From: Patescibacteria group bacterium
Lineage (GTDB): Bacteria > Patescibacteriota > Minisyncoccia > UBA6257 > 2-01-FULL-56-20
Assembly (NCBI GenBank): GCA_024654525.1
Contig: JANLHI010000032.1
Coordinates: 172-64,171 of the forward strand
DNA length: 64,000 nucleotides
Reading direction: 5' to 3'
Shown: piece after piece, positions 1 to 9,897 of the stretch
How the letters are laid out: every line of letters starts with the position of its first letter
Numbering within the stretch: the stretch's first letter is position 1
The notes under the pieces: generated by a model
Database searches by the model: none
The model's input: only the letters and a program-made list of their open reading frames with translations
Told to the model about the DNA's origin: nothing
Program-made: the position numbers and the translations under genes

Positions 1-62
1 CGCTTACCACGGAACCACGGGGCACCGCCGAAACTCGGATGCATTTGATTGTGCAACAAAAT

Positions 63-93
63 AAACAGCCCTTGGGATTCCCTCGGGCTGTTT
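63..93. terminator. Inverted repeat, possible intrinsic terminator
   Basis: aaacagccc...gggctgttt arms followed by T. Confidence 0.4.
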
Positions 94-258
94 GCATTAC
101 TGCATGCTCGCATGATTCACTACACCATTCGACGATCGTCGAATGGTGTAGTGAATTCGAAAAACTTCAATCCAATCCAGCCCAACCCCATCCGCACAAC
201 ATCCCCACGTGTGGTATTGTGGAAACAGTTGTTTGTAAACCTTAACCCCTCTCTAATT

Positions 259-837
259 ATGATGAGAAACGAACAAGACGAAGCACAGATTCTGGAAGCA
301 ATTGCGGGACTTGGCAATCCAGAACTTCATCAAATCGCGAAAAAAATCGCGGCACTTATCCCTGAAGGACCACTCCGAAGCCAAACCGCCGTGCGGCTTT
401 TGGGTGCCATCGCCGCATTCGCAAAAATAAGAAACCCGAAAGGCCCAGTGATAACCGCGCTCGCCGCAAAATTGAACGACCTCGTGCAGCTCTTCGGGGG
501 CGAACTCTTCGACTCGAGCGGAAACGTGCGAAAAAAGAATATTTCCTCATGGCGGGAACCATTCATAGCGAGCGTCCCGGAACGTCTTGCGGAAGCGGGA
601 CGCACCAGCGAAGCGGACATCGCCGACAAGCTCAAGGCAGAAGCAGGTGAAATGCTTGCGCTTGAAGAGATGCTCTATCCTCCCGGCGAGAAACCCACGC
701 CTTTTGATTGGGACGTCTGTTTCAAAAATACGTGGGGTGAGATGGAGAATGTGTTCGCTGCGGCGACACCTACAGTCGGACGATTCGCCAATTGGGCGGA
801 AACGCTACCGGGGGCACGGCGGCGCGACACACGATAA
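259..837 (+). CDS. Hypothetical protein
   Basis: Part of the 49..837 ORF. ATG at 259 (MMRNEQDE...) chosen as the likely start. No recognised motif. Confidence 0.55.
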   Translation: MMRNEQDEAQILEAIAGLGNPELHQIAKKIAALIPEGPLRSQTAVRLLGAIAAFAKIRNPKGPVITALAAKLNDLVQLFGGELFDSSGNVRKKNISSWREPFIASVPERLAEAGRTSEADIADKLKAEAGEMLALEEMLYPPGEKPTPFDWDVCFKNTWGEMENVFAAATPTVGRFANWAETLPGARRRDTR

Positions 838-855
838 CGATTACCATGACAACAC

Positions 856-889
856 AACGGCCTCTTTGGAAAATTCCAAAGAGGCCGTT
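856..889. terminator. Perfect 16-bp inverted repeat between convergent genes
   Basis: aacggcctctttggaa-aa-ttccaaagaggccgtt. Confidence 0.6.
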
Positions 890-909
890 TGAATTCGCAC
901 TAATATGGG

Positions 910-945
910 GAGGTTCAACCTTGCCAAGTAAGAAGGTTGAACCTC
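910..945. repeat. REP-like palindrome
   Basis: gaggttcaacctt-N10-aaggttgaacctc, just downstream of the gyrA stop. Confidence 0.5.
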
Positions 946-956
946 TCTCTCCGGAC

Positions 957-3410
957 TCAAATCACCACAATCCCCGCAATCCGGTCTTCCTTGTCTACAT
1001 TCATAATGCGCACACCTTGTGCGGCGCGTCCGGTTTCGCGTACACTCTTCAATTCCGTGCGGATTACTTGTCCTTTTGCGGAGAGAGCAAGCATTTCTGT
1101 TTCTTCGCTGATTACCGATCCCACCACTACTTTCCCCGTCTTCGCAGTTACATTCGCGGTGCGGATTCCTGAACCGCCACGGCTCTGTGTTTTATATTCC
1201 TTAAGAGAAGTACGCTTCCCGAACCCCCGTTCCATAACGGTCAAAAGCTGCGCCTTGTCTCCTTTTTTCACGATATCGAATCCCGCAACCGCGTCTCCCG
1301 AGCGAAGCCGGATGCCTCGCACTCCTGCAGCGCTCCGCCCCATGTCGCGTACTTGGGATTCTGCAAAACGGATGGACTGCCCTTGGTCGGTTACAAGCAT
1401 TACCTGATCATCTCCTTTCGAAGGACGCACCCAGTTGAGCGTATCTCCTTTTTTTAGCGCGATTGCGACAATGCCGTTCCTGCGAATATTTTCAAATTCC
1501 TTAAGCGGCGTTTTTTTGATTACGCCATTCTTTGTAACCATCATAAGAAACTTTGCGGTATTTGTTGCGTCTTTCTTTGTGGGAAGATTTACGATCGCAT
1601 TTACATTCTCGCCTGTGGAGAGTTCCAGAAAATTATGAATCGCTTTCCCTTTTGCGGTGCGGCTCGCGGCGGGGATTTCGTACGCGCGCGTTTCAAACAC
1701 TCGTCCGCGATCGGTAAAGAACAAAATCCTGTCATGCGTGTTTGCGTGGAAAAAGTGTATGAGAAAATCTTCGTCCGCCACATCGGACCCGATCAATCCC
1801 TTTCCTCCGCGCCGTTGAATTTTGAACGAATCCGGTGGTACCCGTTTTACATATCCGCTTGATGAAAAGGTTACGATCGCTTCTTCCTCGGGAACAAGAT
1901 CTTCATCAGTCATTTCTTTGAGCGCGGACTGCACCACTTTTGTACGGCGGGGCTCACTGTACTTTGTCTTAAGTTCCTTAAGTTCATCTTTAATCACCGT
2001 AAGCATTTTTGAAGGACTCTTCAAAATTGCCGTAAGATCCTTTATTAGCGCGCGTTTTTCTTTGAGTTCATCATCAATTTTCTTTCTCTCGAGTGCCGCA
2101 AGTGTTTGAAGCCTCATTTCCAAAATCGCCGTTGCTTGCAATGCGGACAGTTTAAAATTTTTTACAAGATTCACGTGCGCCTCGTCTTTATCTTTCGATT
2201 TCCGAATAGTGGATATAATTTTATCAATCACATCGAGCGCCTTTGCGAGACCCTCTAGGATATGCGCCCTCTCCTCCGCTTTTCTTAAATCGAACTGCGT
2301 TCTCCTGCGAATAATTTCTTTACGATGTGCGATGTACGCAAGTAAAATTTCTTTTAATGAAAAAAGTTCCGGTTGAATACCGTCGCGAAGCGCAATCATA
2401 TTGAAATGGAAATCCTTCTGCAAATCCGAGCTTCGGTACAACTGATTTAGTACTTTTTGTGGAGCGGCGTCATTTTTAAGCTCTACCACTATCCGCATTC
2501 CTTCGCGGTCGGACTCGTCGCGGAGATCACGGATACCCTCCAAGCGCTTGTCCTGCACCAGCTCGGCAATGTGTTTTATCAATTCTGATTTGTTTACCTG
2601 ATAAGGAATCTCTGTCACTACAATATCAAACCCGCCACTGCGACTTCCCTCGCTTCCCTTTTTTCGCTCTACAATTTCCGCTTTCGCACGAATAGTTACA
2701 CCCCCTCGTCCCGTGCTATACGCAGTGCGAATTGCCGTACGATCATAAATAATACCTCCCGTCGGGAAATCGGGTCCCTTCACAAACTCCAACAACTCGT
2801 CGGGCGTTGCGGAAGGATTATCCGTAAGAAGTAATGTTGCGTCGATAATTTCCACAAGGTTGTGAGGCGGTATGCTTGTCGCCATACCCACCGCAATTCC
2901 CAATGTGCCATTTATCAATAAGTTGGGAAGTTTTGCGGGAAACACTCTCGGTTCTTCGCGAGTTGCGTCATAATTCGGCACCCAATCCACCGTATCTTTT
3001 TCAATATCAAATAACATCTCTTCCGCAATTTTGGAAAGACGCGCCTCAGTGTATCGCATTGCCGCGGGAGAATCACCATCCACACTCCCGAAATTTCCCT
3101 GTCCTTGCACCAACGGATATCGCAGTGAAAAATCCTGCGCCATACGTGCAAGTGTGTCGTAAATCGCCACATCGCCATGCGGATGATATTTTGCCATTGT
3201 TTCACCCACTACATTTGCCGATTTTCTGAACTTTGAAAGATGCGTAAGTCCAATAGACCACATTGTCCACAACACACGCCGATGTACCGGCTTTAACCCG
3301 TCACGCACGTCCGGAAGAGCACGCGCCACAATCACCGACATCGCATAGTCGAGATAAGAGTCTTTCAACTCGGAAGTGATTTCTCTTTTTTGGATATTAG
3401 ACATTGTCAT
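957..3410 (-). CDS. gyrA: DNA gyrase subunit A
   Basis: RALPDVRDGLKPVHRR, YHPHGD, catalytic AAMRYTEAR, GyrA-box QRRGGKG and beta-pinwheel CTD. Confidence 0.98.
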   Translation of the reverse strand: MTMSNIQKREITSELKDSYLDYAMSVIVARALPDVRDGLKPVHRRVLWTMWSIGLTHLSKFRKSANVVGETMAKYHPHGDVAIYDTLARMAQDFSLRYPLVQGQGNFGSVDGDSPAAMRYTEARLSKIAEEMLFDIEKDTVDWVPNYDATREEPRVFPAKLPNLLINGTLGIAVGMATSIPPHNLVEIIDATLLLTDNPSATPDELLEFVKGPDFPTGGIIYDRTAIRTAYSTGRGGVTIRAKAEIVERKKGSEGSRSGGFDIVVTEIPYQVNKSELIKHIAELVQDKRLEGIRDLRDESDREGMRIVVELKNDAAPQKVLNQLYRSSDLQKDFHFNMIALRDGIQPELFSLKEILLAYIAHRKEIIRRRTQFDLRKAEERAHILEGLAKALDVIDKIISTIRKSKDKDEAHVNLVKNFKLSALQATAILEMRLQTLAALERKKIDDELKEKRALIKDLTAILKSPSKMLTVIKDELKELKTKYSEPRRTKVVQSALKEMTDEDLVPEEEAIVTFSSSGYVKRVPPDSFKIQRRGGKGLIGSDVADEDFLIHFFHANTHDRILFFTDRGRVFETRAYEIPAASRTAKGKAIHNFLELSTGENVNAIVNLPTKKDATNTAKFLMMVTKNGVIKKTPLKEFENIRRNGIVAIALKKGDTLNWVRPSKGDDQVMLVTDQGQSIRFAESQVRDMGRSAAGVRGIRLRSGDAVAGFDIVKKGDKAQLLTVMERGFGKRTSLKEYKTQSRGGSGIRTANVTAKTGKVVVGSVISEETEMLALSAKGQVIRTELKSVRETGRAAQGVRIMNVDKEDRIAGIVVI

Positions 3411-3444
3411 GTATGCACCCTATCGCACATTCCTTACTACAGTA

Positions 3445-3765
3445 TTATTCAAGCGGTTTAATAATATATTCCTTTGGTGATTGCAATGCCCCCGCGACCC
3501 ACTGAATACTTCCCCATATATTTTGATATACCACCGCACTTCCCCGTTTCATTGTACTTAAAATCGTTGAGTGACTCTCCGTGGGAACATTTTCCGCAAC
3601 ATCCGTTGATGTATCACTTACGCTTGCAACAATATTATTGAAATACATAAGCCATACATACACAATCACCAACATAATTACCAACGAACTTATTATGAGA
3701 AACTTCCTCTTTGCCGTGTCGTCGGATTCTTGAAGCTTGCGTAAAAAACTCCCCATTGTTTTCAC
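3445..3765 (-). CDS. Hypothetical single-pass membrane protein
   Basis: 106-aa ORF with one hydrophobic helix, in operon context with gyrA. Confidence 0.7.
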   Translation of the reverse strand: MKTMGSFLRKLQESDDTAKRKFLIISSLVIMLVIVYVWLMYFNNIVASVSDTSTDVAENVPTESHSTILSTMKRGSAVVYQNIWGSIQWVAGALQSPKEYIIKPLE

Positions 3766-3766
3766 G

Positions 3767-4339
3767 CTACGATGCCTTAAGCCCTATAACCTTTGTACCC
3801 TCAATCACGTCCAAATCTTTCTTCTTAAACACAAACTTATCTTCAAGCGCGCCATCCTCCCCCATTTCCTTCAAAAATGCTTGTGGAGATTTTTCATACG
3901 CGGGCACCACCAACTTCGGCTCAAGTTGTCGTACCACTTTTTCAGCCGCTTCATCAGTGAGATAATTATTTCCCAACCGAAGAAACACCACATCTATTTC
4001 ATTTAATTTTTCGAGTAGCTCCGTATCTAATACCCGGCCAAGAGAACCGAGAAACGCAAACGTTATTCCCTCCCACCGCACAAGGTACGCGGTGTGTATC
4101 CGTTGATTTTTTCCGTCAACGCCAAGAGATACCCCGGTCACTTCCACTCCTTTGGACTCGTATTCTCCCGGAAACGTAATTTCCGTCTGCGCACCGAGCT
4201 CATCACCTTCTCCGGGAACCGGCGCATCCGTTTTAAGGATGATATCGCCCTTAAGCCGATTTGACGTCGGATCAACCAATACCGATATTTCACCGCTCTG
4301 TACGCGGAACGAACCTTCTCCGAAATAAGTGATAACCAC
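3767..4339 (-). CDS. MBL-fold (Lactamase_B_3-like) protein, metal ligands apparently degenerate
   Basis: ITYFGEGSFR, VDP, PGEYESKGV, EPKLVVP. GTG start lies 6 nt after TATACT. No HxHxDH motif. Confidence 0.75.
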   Translation of the reverse strand: MVITYFGEGSFRVQSGEISVLVDPTSNRLKGDIILKTDAPVPGEGDELGAQTEITFPGEYESKGVEVTGVSLGVDGKNQRIHTAYLVRWEGITFAFLGSLGRVLDTELLEKLNEIDVVFLRLGNNYLTDEAAEKVVRQLEPKLVVPAYEKSPQAFLKEMGEDGALEDKFVFKKKDLDVIEGTKVIGLKAS

Positions 4340-4533
4340 GGGGATAGTATAGCGCCTTGCATCCCAAATCACAAGGGTTCATCGCCTCTTTTTTACTCTC
4401 TACTACGCTCTATTATTGTACAGTACCTTCTCTCTTTTTTTCATCATTATCCCCCGAAAAGATCCATCCACCACAATCCACGCCATCCGCAAAACTTGCA
4501 TTTCTTATATATGTTCGTATAATCTCGAAACAT

Positions 4534-5628
4534 ATGGCGGAAATAGTAAAACCAGCTGGCACCACTCTCCTCGACGCGCTTAAAGCCGCAGTGCCAAGCA
4601 ATGAATGGCCGAAAGAAGGCAATATCACCGAAGTGACATTGCTCAATAAAACAGACCGCAAAGCTTTCTTTGACATGGGGAAATTCGGCACCGGCATTGT
4701 ATGGGGAATAGAAATGATGAATGCGCGCGAAATAGTAAAAGGACTCCAGTCGGGCGACAAATGTCTTGCAAAGATAAAGACAATCGAATCAGAAGAAGGA
4801 TATATTGAACTGTCTCTTGCTGAAGCGGGAAAAGAACGTTTGTGGCAACAAGCCAAAGATCTCCTGGAATCGGGAGAACTTGCGAAGGTGAAAATCATAG
4901 GCGCAAATGCGGGAGGATTGACCGCGTCGCTGTTTGATTTAAAAGCGTTTCTTCCGGTATCTCAACTCTCTCAAGAACATTACCCACGCGTAGAAGATGG
5001 CGATCGTCAGAAAATATTTGATGAACTTAAAAAATTTATTGGTGAAGAACTTACCGTGAAGATTATCGACGTAAATCCCCGTACCAATAAATTCATTATC
5101 TCCGAGCGTGAAGTTGCAAATAATAATGTAAAAGAACTCCTTAAGAAATATAAAGCTGGCGATGAGATTCAAGGAATCGTTACTGGTATCGCGGATTTTG
5201 GGGCGTTTGTACGGTTTATAGACGAACCCCAGCTTGAAGGACTTATTCACATCTCCGAACTTGCACACACGGTAGTAGATAATCCGAAAGAGATATTAAA
5301 AGTGGATGAAACGGTAACGGCAAAGGTAATCGACATCCGAGAAGACGGAAGAATATTCCTTTCGCTTAAAGCACTTCTTCCCGATCCGTGGCTTACCATC
5401 GGAGATCGCTTTAAAAAGGGAGATGATGTAGAAGGAACCGCATATACATTGAATCCTTTTGGTGGTGTTATCGATATGGGAAACGGAATTCAAGGCATGG
5501 TACACATTTCCGAATTTGAATCTGCAGATGCAATGAAGCAGAATCTCACTCCCGGGAGTAAACATTATTTTACTGTTGAATTAGTGAAGCCGGAAGAGCG
5601 CAGAATCGTATTAAAACTGAAGAAGTAG
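4534..5628 (+). CDS. rpsA: 30S ribosomal protein S1 (four S1 domains)
   Basis: Repeated S1 motifs: AFLPVSQL, DFGAFV...EGLIHISEL, GMVHISE. Confidence 0.85.
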   Translation: MAEIVKPAGTTLLDALKAAVPSNEWPKEGNITEVTLLNKTDRKAFFDMGKFGTGIVWGIEMMNAREIVKGLQSGDKCLAKIKTIESEEGYIELSLAEAGKERLWQQAKDLLESGELAKVKIIGANAGGLTASLFDLKAFLPVSQLSQEHYPRVEDGDRQKIFDELKKFIGEELTVKIIDVNPRTNKFIISEREVANNNVKELLKKYKAGDEIQGIVTGIADFGAFVRFIDEPQLEGLIHISELAHTVVDNPKEILKVDETVTAKVIDIREDGRIFLSLKALLPDPWLTIGDRFKKGDDVEGTAYTLNPFGGVIDMGNGIQGMVHISEFESADAMKQNLTPGSKHYFTVELVKPEERRIVLKLKK

Positions 5629-5705
5629 TAAGTAGGGAAACGTAAATAATACGCTTTACTTTAGCGTGTAAATTCTATATCCTAGCTTTTAGATTCTTTT
5701 GTATT

Positions 5706-5780
5706 GCCGCGGTAGCTCAGTGGTAGAGCATTCGCCTGAAGAGCGATTGGTCGGGTGTTCGATTCACCCCCGCGGCACCA
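5706..5780 (+). tRNA. tRNA-Phe(GAA)
   Basis: Cloverleaf, anticodon loop CTGAAGA, GTTCGA T-loop, encoded CCA. Confidence 0.95.
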
Positions 5781-5946
5781 AATAACTTAATTTAAGAGTG
5801 TTTTCTCTTGCCAGTATTCATAATCAACACTTTCTTATTCTTTGGAAATCTACTCTCTAACTGAAGAACAAGAATATCAGCGCAAACCTCGCCGAAGACG
5901 GGCGAGCGAGTAGTAAAACTCCTCTGAAATTTCAAAATGTTTGAAT

Positions 5947-6020
5947 TGGTCGGGCTGCTGGGAATTGAACCCAGTCTACCTGCTCCCAAAGCAGGCGTAC
6001 TACCGGTATACGACAGCCCG
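5947..6020 (-). tRNA. tRNA-Pro(TGG)
   Basis: cgggctg acceptor stem, cctgc-TTTGGGA-gcagg anticodon arm, encoded CCA. Confidence 0.95.
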
Positions 6021-6175
6021 TCTTCACTGAATTTTCGGTCGCACGCCGCCATAGCTCCGGCGACGACGCGCGGGTAAACCCGCTTATGCATTTCCGGATT
6101 GTGATGAGTAAACTCATCACAACTTATAGACCACTTCAAATTACGCTACTTTTAAGCTAGAATCAACCGCGTTGA

Positions 6176-6250
6176 GCCCCCGTAGCTCAATGGATAGAGC
6201 AACGCTCTTCTAAGGCGCTGATGTGGGTTCGATTCCTACCGGGGGCACCA
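6176..6250 (+). tRNA. tRNA-Arg(TCT)
   Basis: gcccccg acceptor stem, loop CTTCTAA, GTTCGA, encoded CCA. Confidence 0.93.
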
Positions 6251-6269
6251 AGTGGAAAAACACCGGCTC

Positions 6270-6300
6270 GCCTGCCCGCCGAAACTTTAGTGAAGGAGGG
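6270..6300 (+). repeat. REP-like element, copy 1
   Basis: gcctgcccgccgaaactttagtgaaggaggg; near-match in reverse orientation at 8960-8991. Confidence 0.65.
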
Positions 6301-6370
6301 AACCATATTTTAATTTTGGGGGAAGAAAATTTTTTAATCATAAAGTCGAAAATTATTAGCTAATAAACAT

Positions 6371-7057
6371 ATGAACATGAACCAAAAAGGATTTGCAAAC
6401 ATAGTTCTCATTGTCTTGGTTGTTGTTTTGGTGGGAGTAGTCGGATATTTAACATTAAGCAAAAAATTTACCTCTCCAACCCCAACACCCGAACAAACAA
6501 ACCAAAATACGACTACTCCACCCCCTGCTTCGAATAACCAAGCAACTAGCTGGCAAACATATCGAAGTACAAAATTTGGGATAGAGCTAAAGTATCTGGC
6601 TGATATTTTTGTAGTCCAAGGTGATGACCAGTATTCTAAAACTCTCGACCTCATGGATAAAAGGTACGCTGGTAAAAATGTAGACTTTGCTACTGTGCCA
6701 AACCATTTTTCTGCTGACCTCGCCAAAGATAACAGCGTTGATTCTCTGATTGAAGGGGAGCGAGTATTTTTCTCTTCTCCAAAAAGCCAAGTAACTATTC
6801 TTCGGACGGAAGAAATAAAAATAGACGGAGTGAGAGCTGTTAAAGTCACGACTGGAGATAAAAATACAAAAATTGAAAAAGGATTTTTTATTGTTGCACA
6901 ATTACCACGACTAGTAACCATCCCTTTTCCTCCGTCTGTGACGGTGCAACCGGGCGAACCGAATTCCCACACATACAATCTCGTTTCGTTCAGTGGAAAA
7001 GCAGAAACGGCAGGAGTTATTGATAAGATTGTTGAAAGCATAAAATTTTTGAAATAG
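6371..7057 (+). CDS. Exported protein with prepilin-like (class III) signal peptide
   Basis: MNQKG/FANIVLIVLVVVLVG N-terminus, then a Pro/Thr linker and a WQTY motif. Confidence 0.7.
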   Translation: MNMNQKGFANIVLIVLVVVLVGVVGYLTLSKKFTSPTPTPEQTNQNTTTPPPASNNQATSWQTYRSTKFGIELKYLADIFVVQGDDQYSKTLDLMDKRYAGKNVDFATVPNHFSADLAKDNSVDSLIEGERVFFSSPKSQVTILRTEEIKIDGVRAVKVTTGDKNTKIEKGFFIVAQLPRLVTIPFPPSVTVQPGEPNSHTYNLVSFSGKAETAGVIDKIVESIKFLK

Positions 7058-7105
7058 TTTTTTGAATCTGCCGCCAAAGAAAAACTTGAAAAGCGGTGTG
7101 GTTTA

Positions 7106-7151
7106 CTTCGACTTGGTTCGACATTGCTCACCACAAGTCGCTCAGTACAAG
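7106..7151. repeat. Nested REP-like hairpins
   Basis: cttcgact[tggttcgacattgctcaccacaagt]cgctcagtacaag; two TTCGAC...GCTCA units, one inside the other. Confidence 0.5.
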
Positions 7152-7265
7152 CCGCCGCAGGCGGCGAAATGCGTTCGGACTCATTCAAGAATACTGTCAC
7201 GCGATGGCAAAGAAAATCCAAAATCCTGCCATCTGTAGAATTACTAATTAAACAAAGAAAAAAAC

Positions 7266-7799
7266 ATGGACCCACAAATACCATTAACCAAAAAAGAACG
7301 TAAAGAAATTAAACGACAGGAAAAAATAGAAGCCAAAGAATCGGTCGTGCAAACACGCCGCATAAAGAAAATTATCCTGTGGATTGCATGGAGCACATTC
7401 GGCGTTGCTATTATCGCTGGTCTTGTCTGGCTTGTCTCCTCGCAACCTAAAACACCGGAGGATGACATCATCTCTTGGAGTGGTTTTCATTGGCATCCAG
7501 AGCTTGCTATCTATATAAAAGACGAGAAGCAAGAAATCCCAGCTAATATCGGCATTGGTTTGGTTCACCAACCTATTCACACCCATACAGATGATAATAA
7601 ACAAGGAGTCATACATCTAGAGTTTCAAGGGCTTACTCGAAAGCATGATGTATCACTAGGTCAGTTTTTCAAAAACTGGGGCAAAGATATGCGCTCATTC
7701 GGTACAAACATGAAAATGACTGTGAATGGTGAGGAAAATATCGAATACGAAAATTACGTCATGCAGGATAAAGATAAAATCGAATTACGCTTTGATTAG
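7266..7799 (+). CDS. Membrane-anchored His-motif protein (possibly metal-binding)
   Basis: Basic N-terminus, TM helix, HWHPEL, PIHTH, GVIHLE. Confidence 0.7.
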   Translation: MDPQIPLTKKERKEIKRQEKIEAKESVVQTRRIKKIILWIAWSTFGVAIIAGLVWLVSSQPKTPEDDIISWSGFHWHPELAIYIKDEKQEIPANIGIGLVHQPIHTHTDDNKQGVIHLEFQGLTRKHDVSLGQFFKNWGKDMRSFGTNMKMTVNGEENIEYENYVMQDKDKIELRFD

Positions 7800-7866
7800 A
7801 GTTAGACGCACCCCTGCCAACGATCCCGAAAAGTACGTTGGTTAATTTATAAATTAATTCAAAAAA

Positions 7867-8109
7867 ATGATGGGAAATTACTATGGAAACATGTTCAGTT
7901 GGGGTCTGGGAGGAGGAATTATGATGATTATTTTTTGGGCCGCCATTATCCTCTTCATAGTCTGGATTGTGAGAGAAGTAAGTGGAAGAAATAATTCAGA
8001 CAAGATTGGCCACAGAAAATCAACTCTTGAGATTCTTGAAGAGCGGTACGCAAAAGGCGAGATTGATAAAAAAGAATTCGAGGAAAAGAAAAAGGATTTG
8101 AGCAATTAA
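7867..8109 (+). CDS. SHOCT-domain membrane protein
   Basis: Gly/Met-rich TM followed by LEILEERYAKGEIDKKEFEEKK. Confidence 0.88.
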   Translation: MMGNYYGNMFSWGLGGGIMMIIFWAAIILFIVWIVREVSGRNNSDKIGHRKSTLEILEERYAKGEIDKKEFEEKKKDLSN

Positions 8110-8132
8110 CAACAATTAAGTATACAAAATAC

Positions 8133-8516
8133 ATGGAATTCGATTACACAATAACTACGGCGAAATCCTTTGACGAAGCGGTTCGAAGCGTCGAGGAAGA
8201 GATTCCCAAAGCTGGCATGCGGGTTTTATATGTTCACGATGTGCAGAAAACTTTAGAGGAAAAGGGCTTTAAGAGAGAGCCGTTCAAGATAGTTGAATTT
8301 TGCAATGCCAAGTTTGCAAGTGAGTTCTTAAACATTGACATCAAGATTGGTCTTTGTCTGCCTTGCAAAATCAACGTGTATACCAAAGATGATCAGACAT
8401 TCATCTCGGGGATGCGACCGATTGTTCTACAACAGTTTTTCCCGCAAGCAAATTTGGGCGAGAGACCAAAAGAAGTTGACCAAGTTATTCAGAATATTAT
8501 TAACAATGCAAAATAA
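8133..8516 (+). CDS. DUF302 family protein
   Basis: HDVQKTL, IVEFCNA, IGLCLPCKINVY. Confidence 0.85.
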   Translation: MEFDYTITTAKSFDEAVRSVEEEIPKAGMRVLYVHDVQKTLEEKGFKREPFKIVEFCNAKFASEFLNIDIKIGLCLPCKINVYTKDDQTFISGMRPIVLQQFFPQANLGERPKEVDQVIQNIINNAK

Positions 8517-8530
8517 TTTATATAAAAATT

Positions 8531-8914
8531 ATGGAAAATAATAAACTTGCTATATGGGTTTTACGAATCGCGGTTGCCGGTGAATTCATCGGTCACGGAG
8601 TGTTTGCTTTGCAGGGTAAAAAAGATTGGATTGGCTGGTTTGCCAAATTTGGCGTCTCTGATCCGGAAACAGCTACCCAGCTTCTCTTTATTTTAGGAAT
8701 TATCGATATTGGGTTGGCAATCCTCATTTTAATCAAACCGATTCGCGCCGCTCTTTTATGGATGGTGTTCTGGGGCTTCTGGACCGCGCTTCTCCGTCCG
8801 ATAGTCGGCATGCCTATCTGGGATTTCGTCGAACGCTGGGCTAATTGGGGAGCGCCGTTGGCCTTGCTTTTACTGATTGGCCGGCCAAGAAGTTTCCGAG
8901 AGTGGTGGAGATAG
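8531..8914 (+). CDS. DoxX-like membrane protein
   Basis: LRIAVAGEFIGHG, four TM segments, DFVERWANWGAPLAL. Confidence 0.65.
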   Translation: MENNKLAIWVLRIAVAGEFIGHGVFALQGKKDWIGWFAKFGVSDPETATQLLFILGIIDIGLAILILIKPIRAALLWMVFWGFWTALLRPIVGMPIWDFVERWANWGAPLALLLLIGRPRSFREWWR

Positions 8915-8991
8915 ATTTGCTTAATTAAGCAAATCTATCTGCCGGCAGGCAGGTCATCCCCCGCCTACGCTAAAGCTTCGGGCGGGCAGGC
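8909..8991. repeat. Cluster of palindromes: perfect 32-bp palindrome, ctgccggcaggcagg, and REP-like copy 2
   Basis: agatagatttgcttaattaagcaaatctatct (8909-8940), then ctgccggcaggcagg, then cccgcctacgctaaagcttcgggcgggcaggc (8960-8991). Confidence 0.7.
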
Positions 8992-9245
8992 AAGCTCTCA
9001 AATTTGATCTTACGACTCGTCAGTGTCACAAACTGGCACACAAAGCTCTTACTCGCGGTACAAAACTCGCCACAAGGGCAAATACGTGGCAGAAATCGGG
9101 GCGTTTATTTAGAAACCGAAGTGATAGTTTTCTCGCGGTGCCCGAAGGCACGGCGAGCATAGATATCATTCGTTTGTTTTTGGCGTCAGCGTTAAAATCG
9201 CTTATGCTAATATAAAGTCGATTTTATGTTGGTAAAATAAAACAT

Positions 9246-9641
9246 ATGAAAAATACAAAATTACAAAATTATTTTGAAATGTTTCTGCCGTACTTCCTTT
9301 TCGCCCAAGGAGCGAACGTACTCTATAAGATGATCCCATCGTTATTCACCCACTACCGCGCAGAAGTGATTTTTTTGGTTCCTTGGGGATCAGCAATGAT
9401 TGGCGGGATTCTCGCACTACTCGCAGGAATCGGAATCTTACTCCGAAAGCGATGGGGAATAATATCGTATTTCGTTTTTATCTTGTTTCCAATAGCCATG
9501 ACCTTTTTCGGATTTCGAGCATTCGGCTTTACCCAAAGCCTTTCCTTGCCGATAATTGGAGAGGGTTGGCTCATCATTCTTAATATTATTCTTGCACTTC
9601 TTCTTTCATTTAGTGCATGGAAAAAACGGCCTGGCGTGTAA
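9246..9641 (+). CDS. Hypothetical membrane protein
   Basis: 131 aa, about four hydrophobic helices. Confidence 0.7.
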   Translation: MKNTKLQNYFEMFLPYFLFAQGANVLYKMIPSLFTHYRAEVIFLVPWGSAMIGGILALLAGIGILLRKRWGIISYFVFILFPIAMTFFGFRAFGFTQSLSLPIIGEGWLIILNIILALLLSFSAWKKRPGV

Positions 9642-9682
9642 TAACGCATGCCAAGTCTATAGCGTTTGAGATTAAAATATAA

Positions 9683-9886
9683 ATGGAAATATTCGCATTC
9701 ACGTTAGATGTTATCGGGAAGATTTTGATAGCATATACTGCACTTGCCGTTCATGGTCGCGTACGCACCGAGCAGAAAATTGATGCATCGGTATTCAAAG
9801 CGATGAGATGGGAAAAAGTAATCGGAATTTCCGGAATTATTTTTATAATTCTTGGATACCTTATTCATGTTTCGATAAGGTTTTAA
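9683..9886 (+). CDS. Small two-TM hypothetical protein
   Basis: 67 aa with two hydrophobic segments, directly upstream of zwf. Confidence 0.65.
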   Translation: MEIFAFTLDVIGKILIAYTALAVHGRVRTEQKIDASVFKAMRWEKVIGISGIIFIILGYLIHVSIRF

Positions 9887-9897
9887 GAATTAGAATA

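Noticed and set aside
6176-9245. Classical integrase-driven island at tRNA-Arg
   Set aside because: I found no downstream copy of the tRNA 3' end and no integrase.
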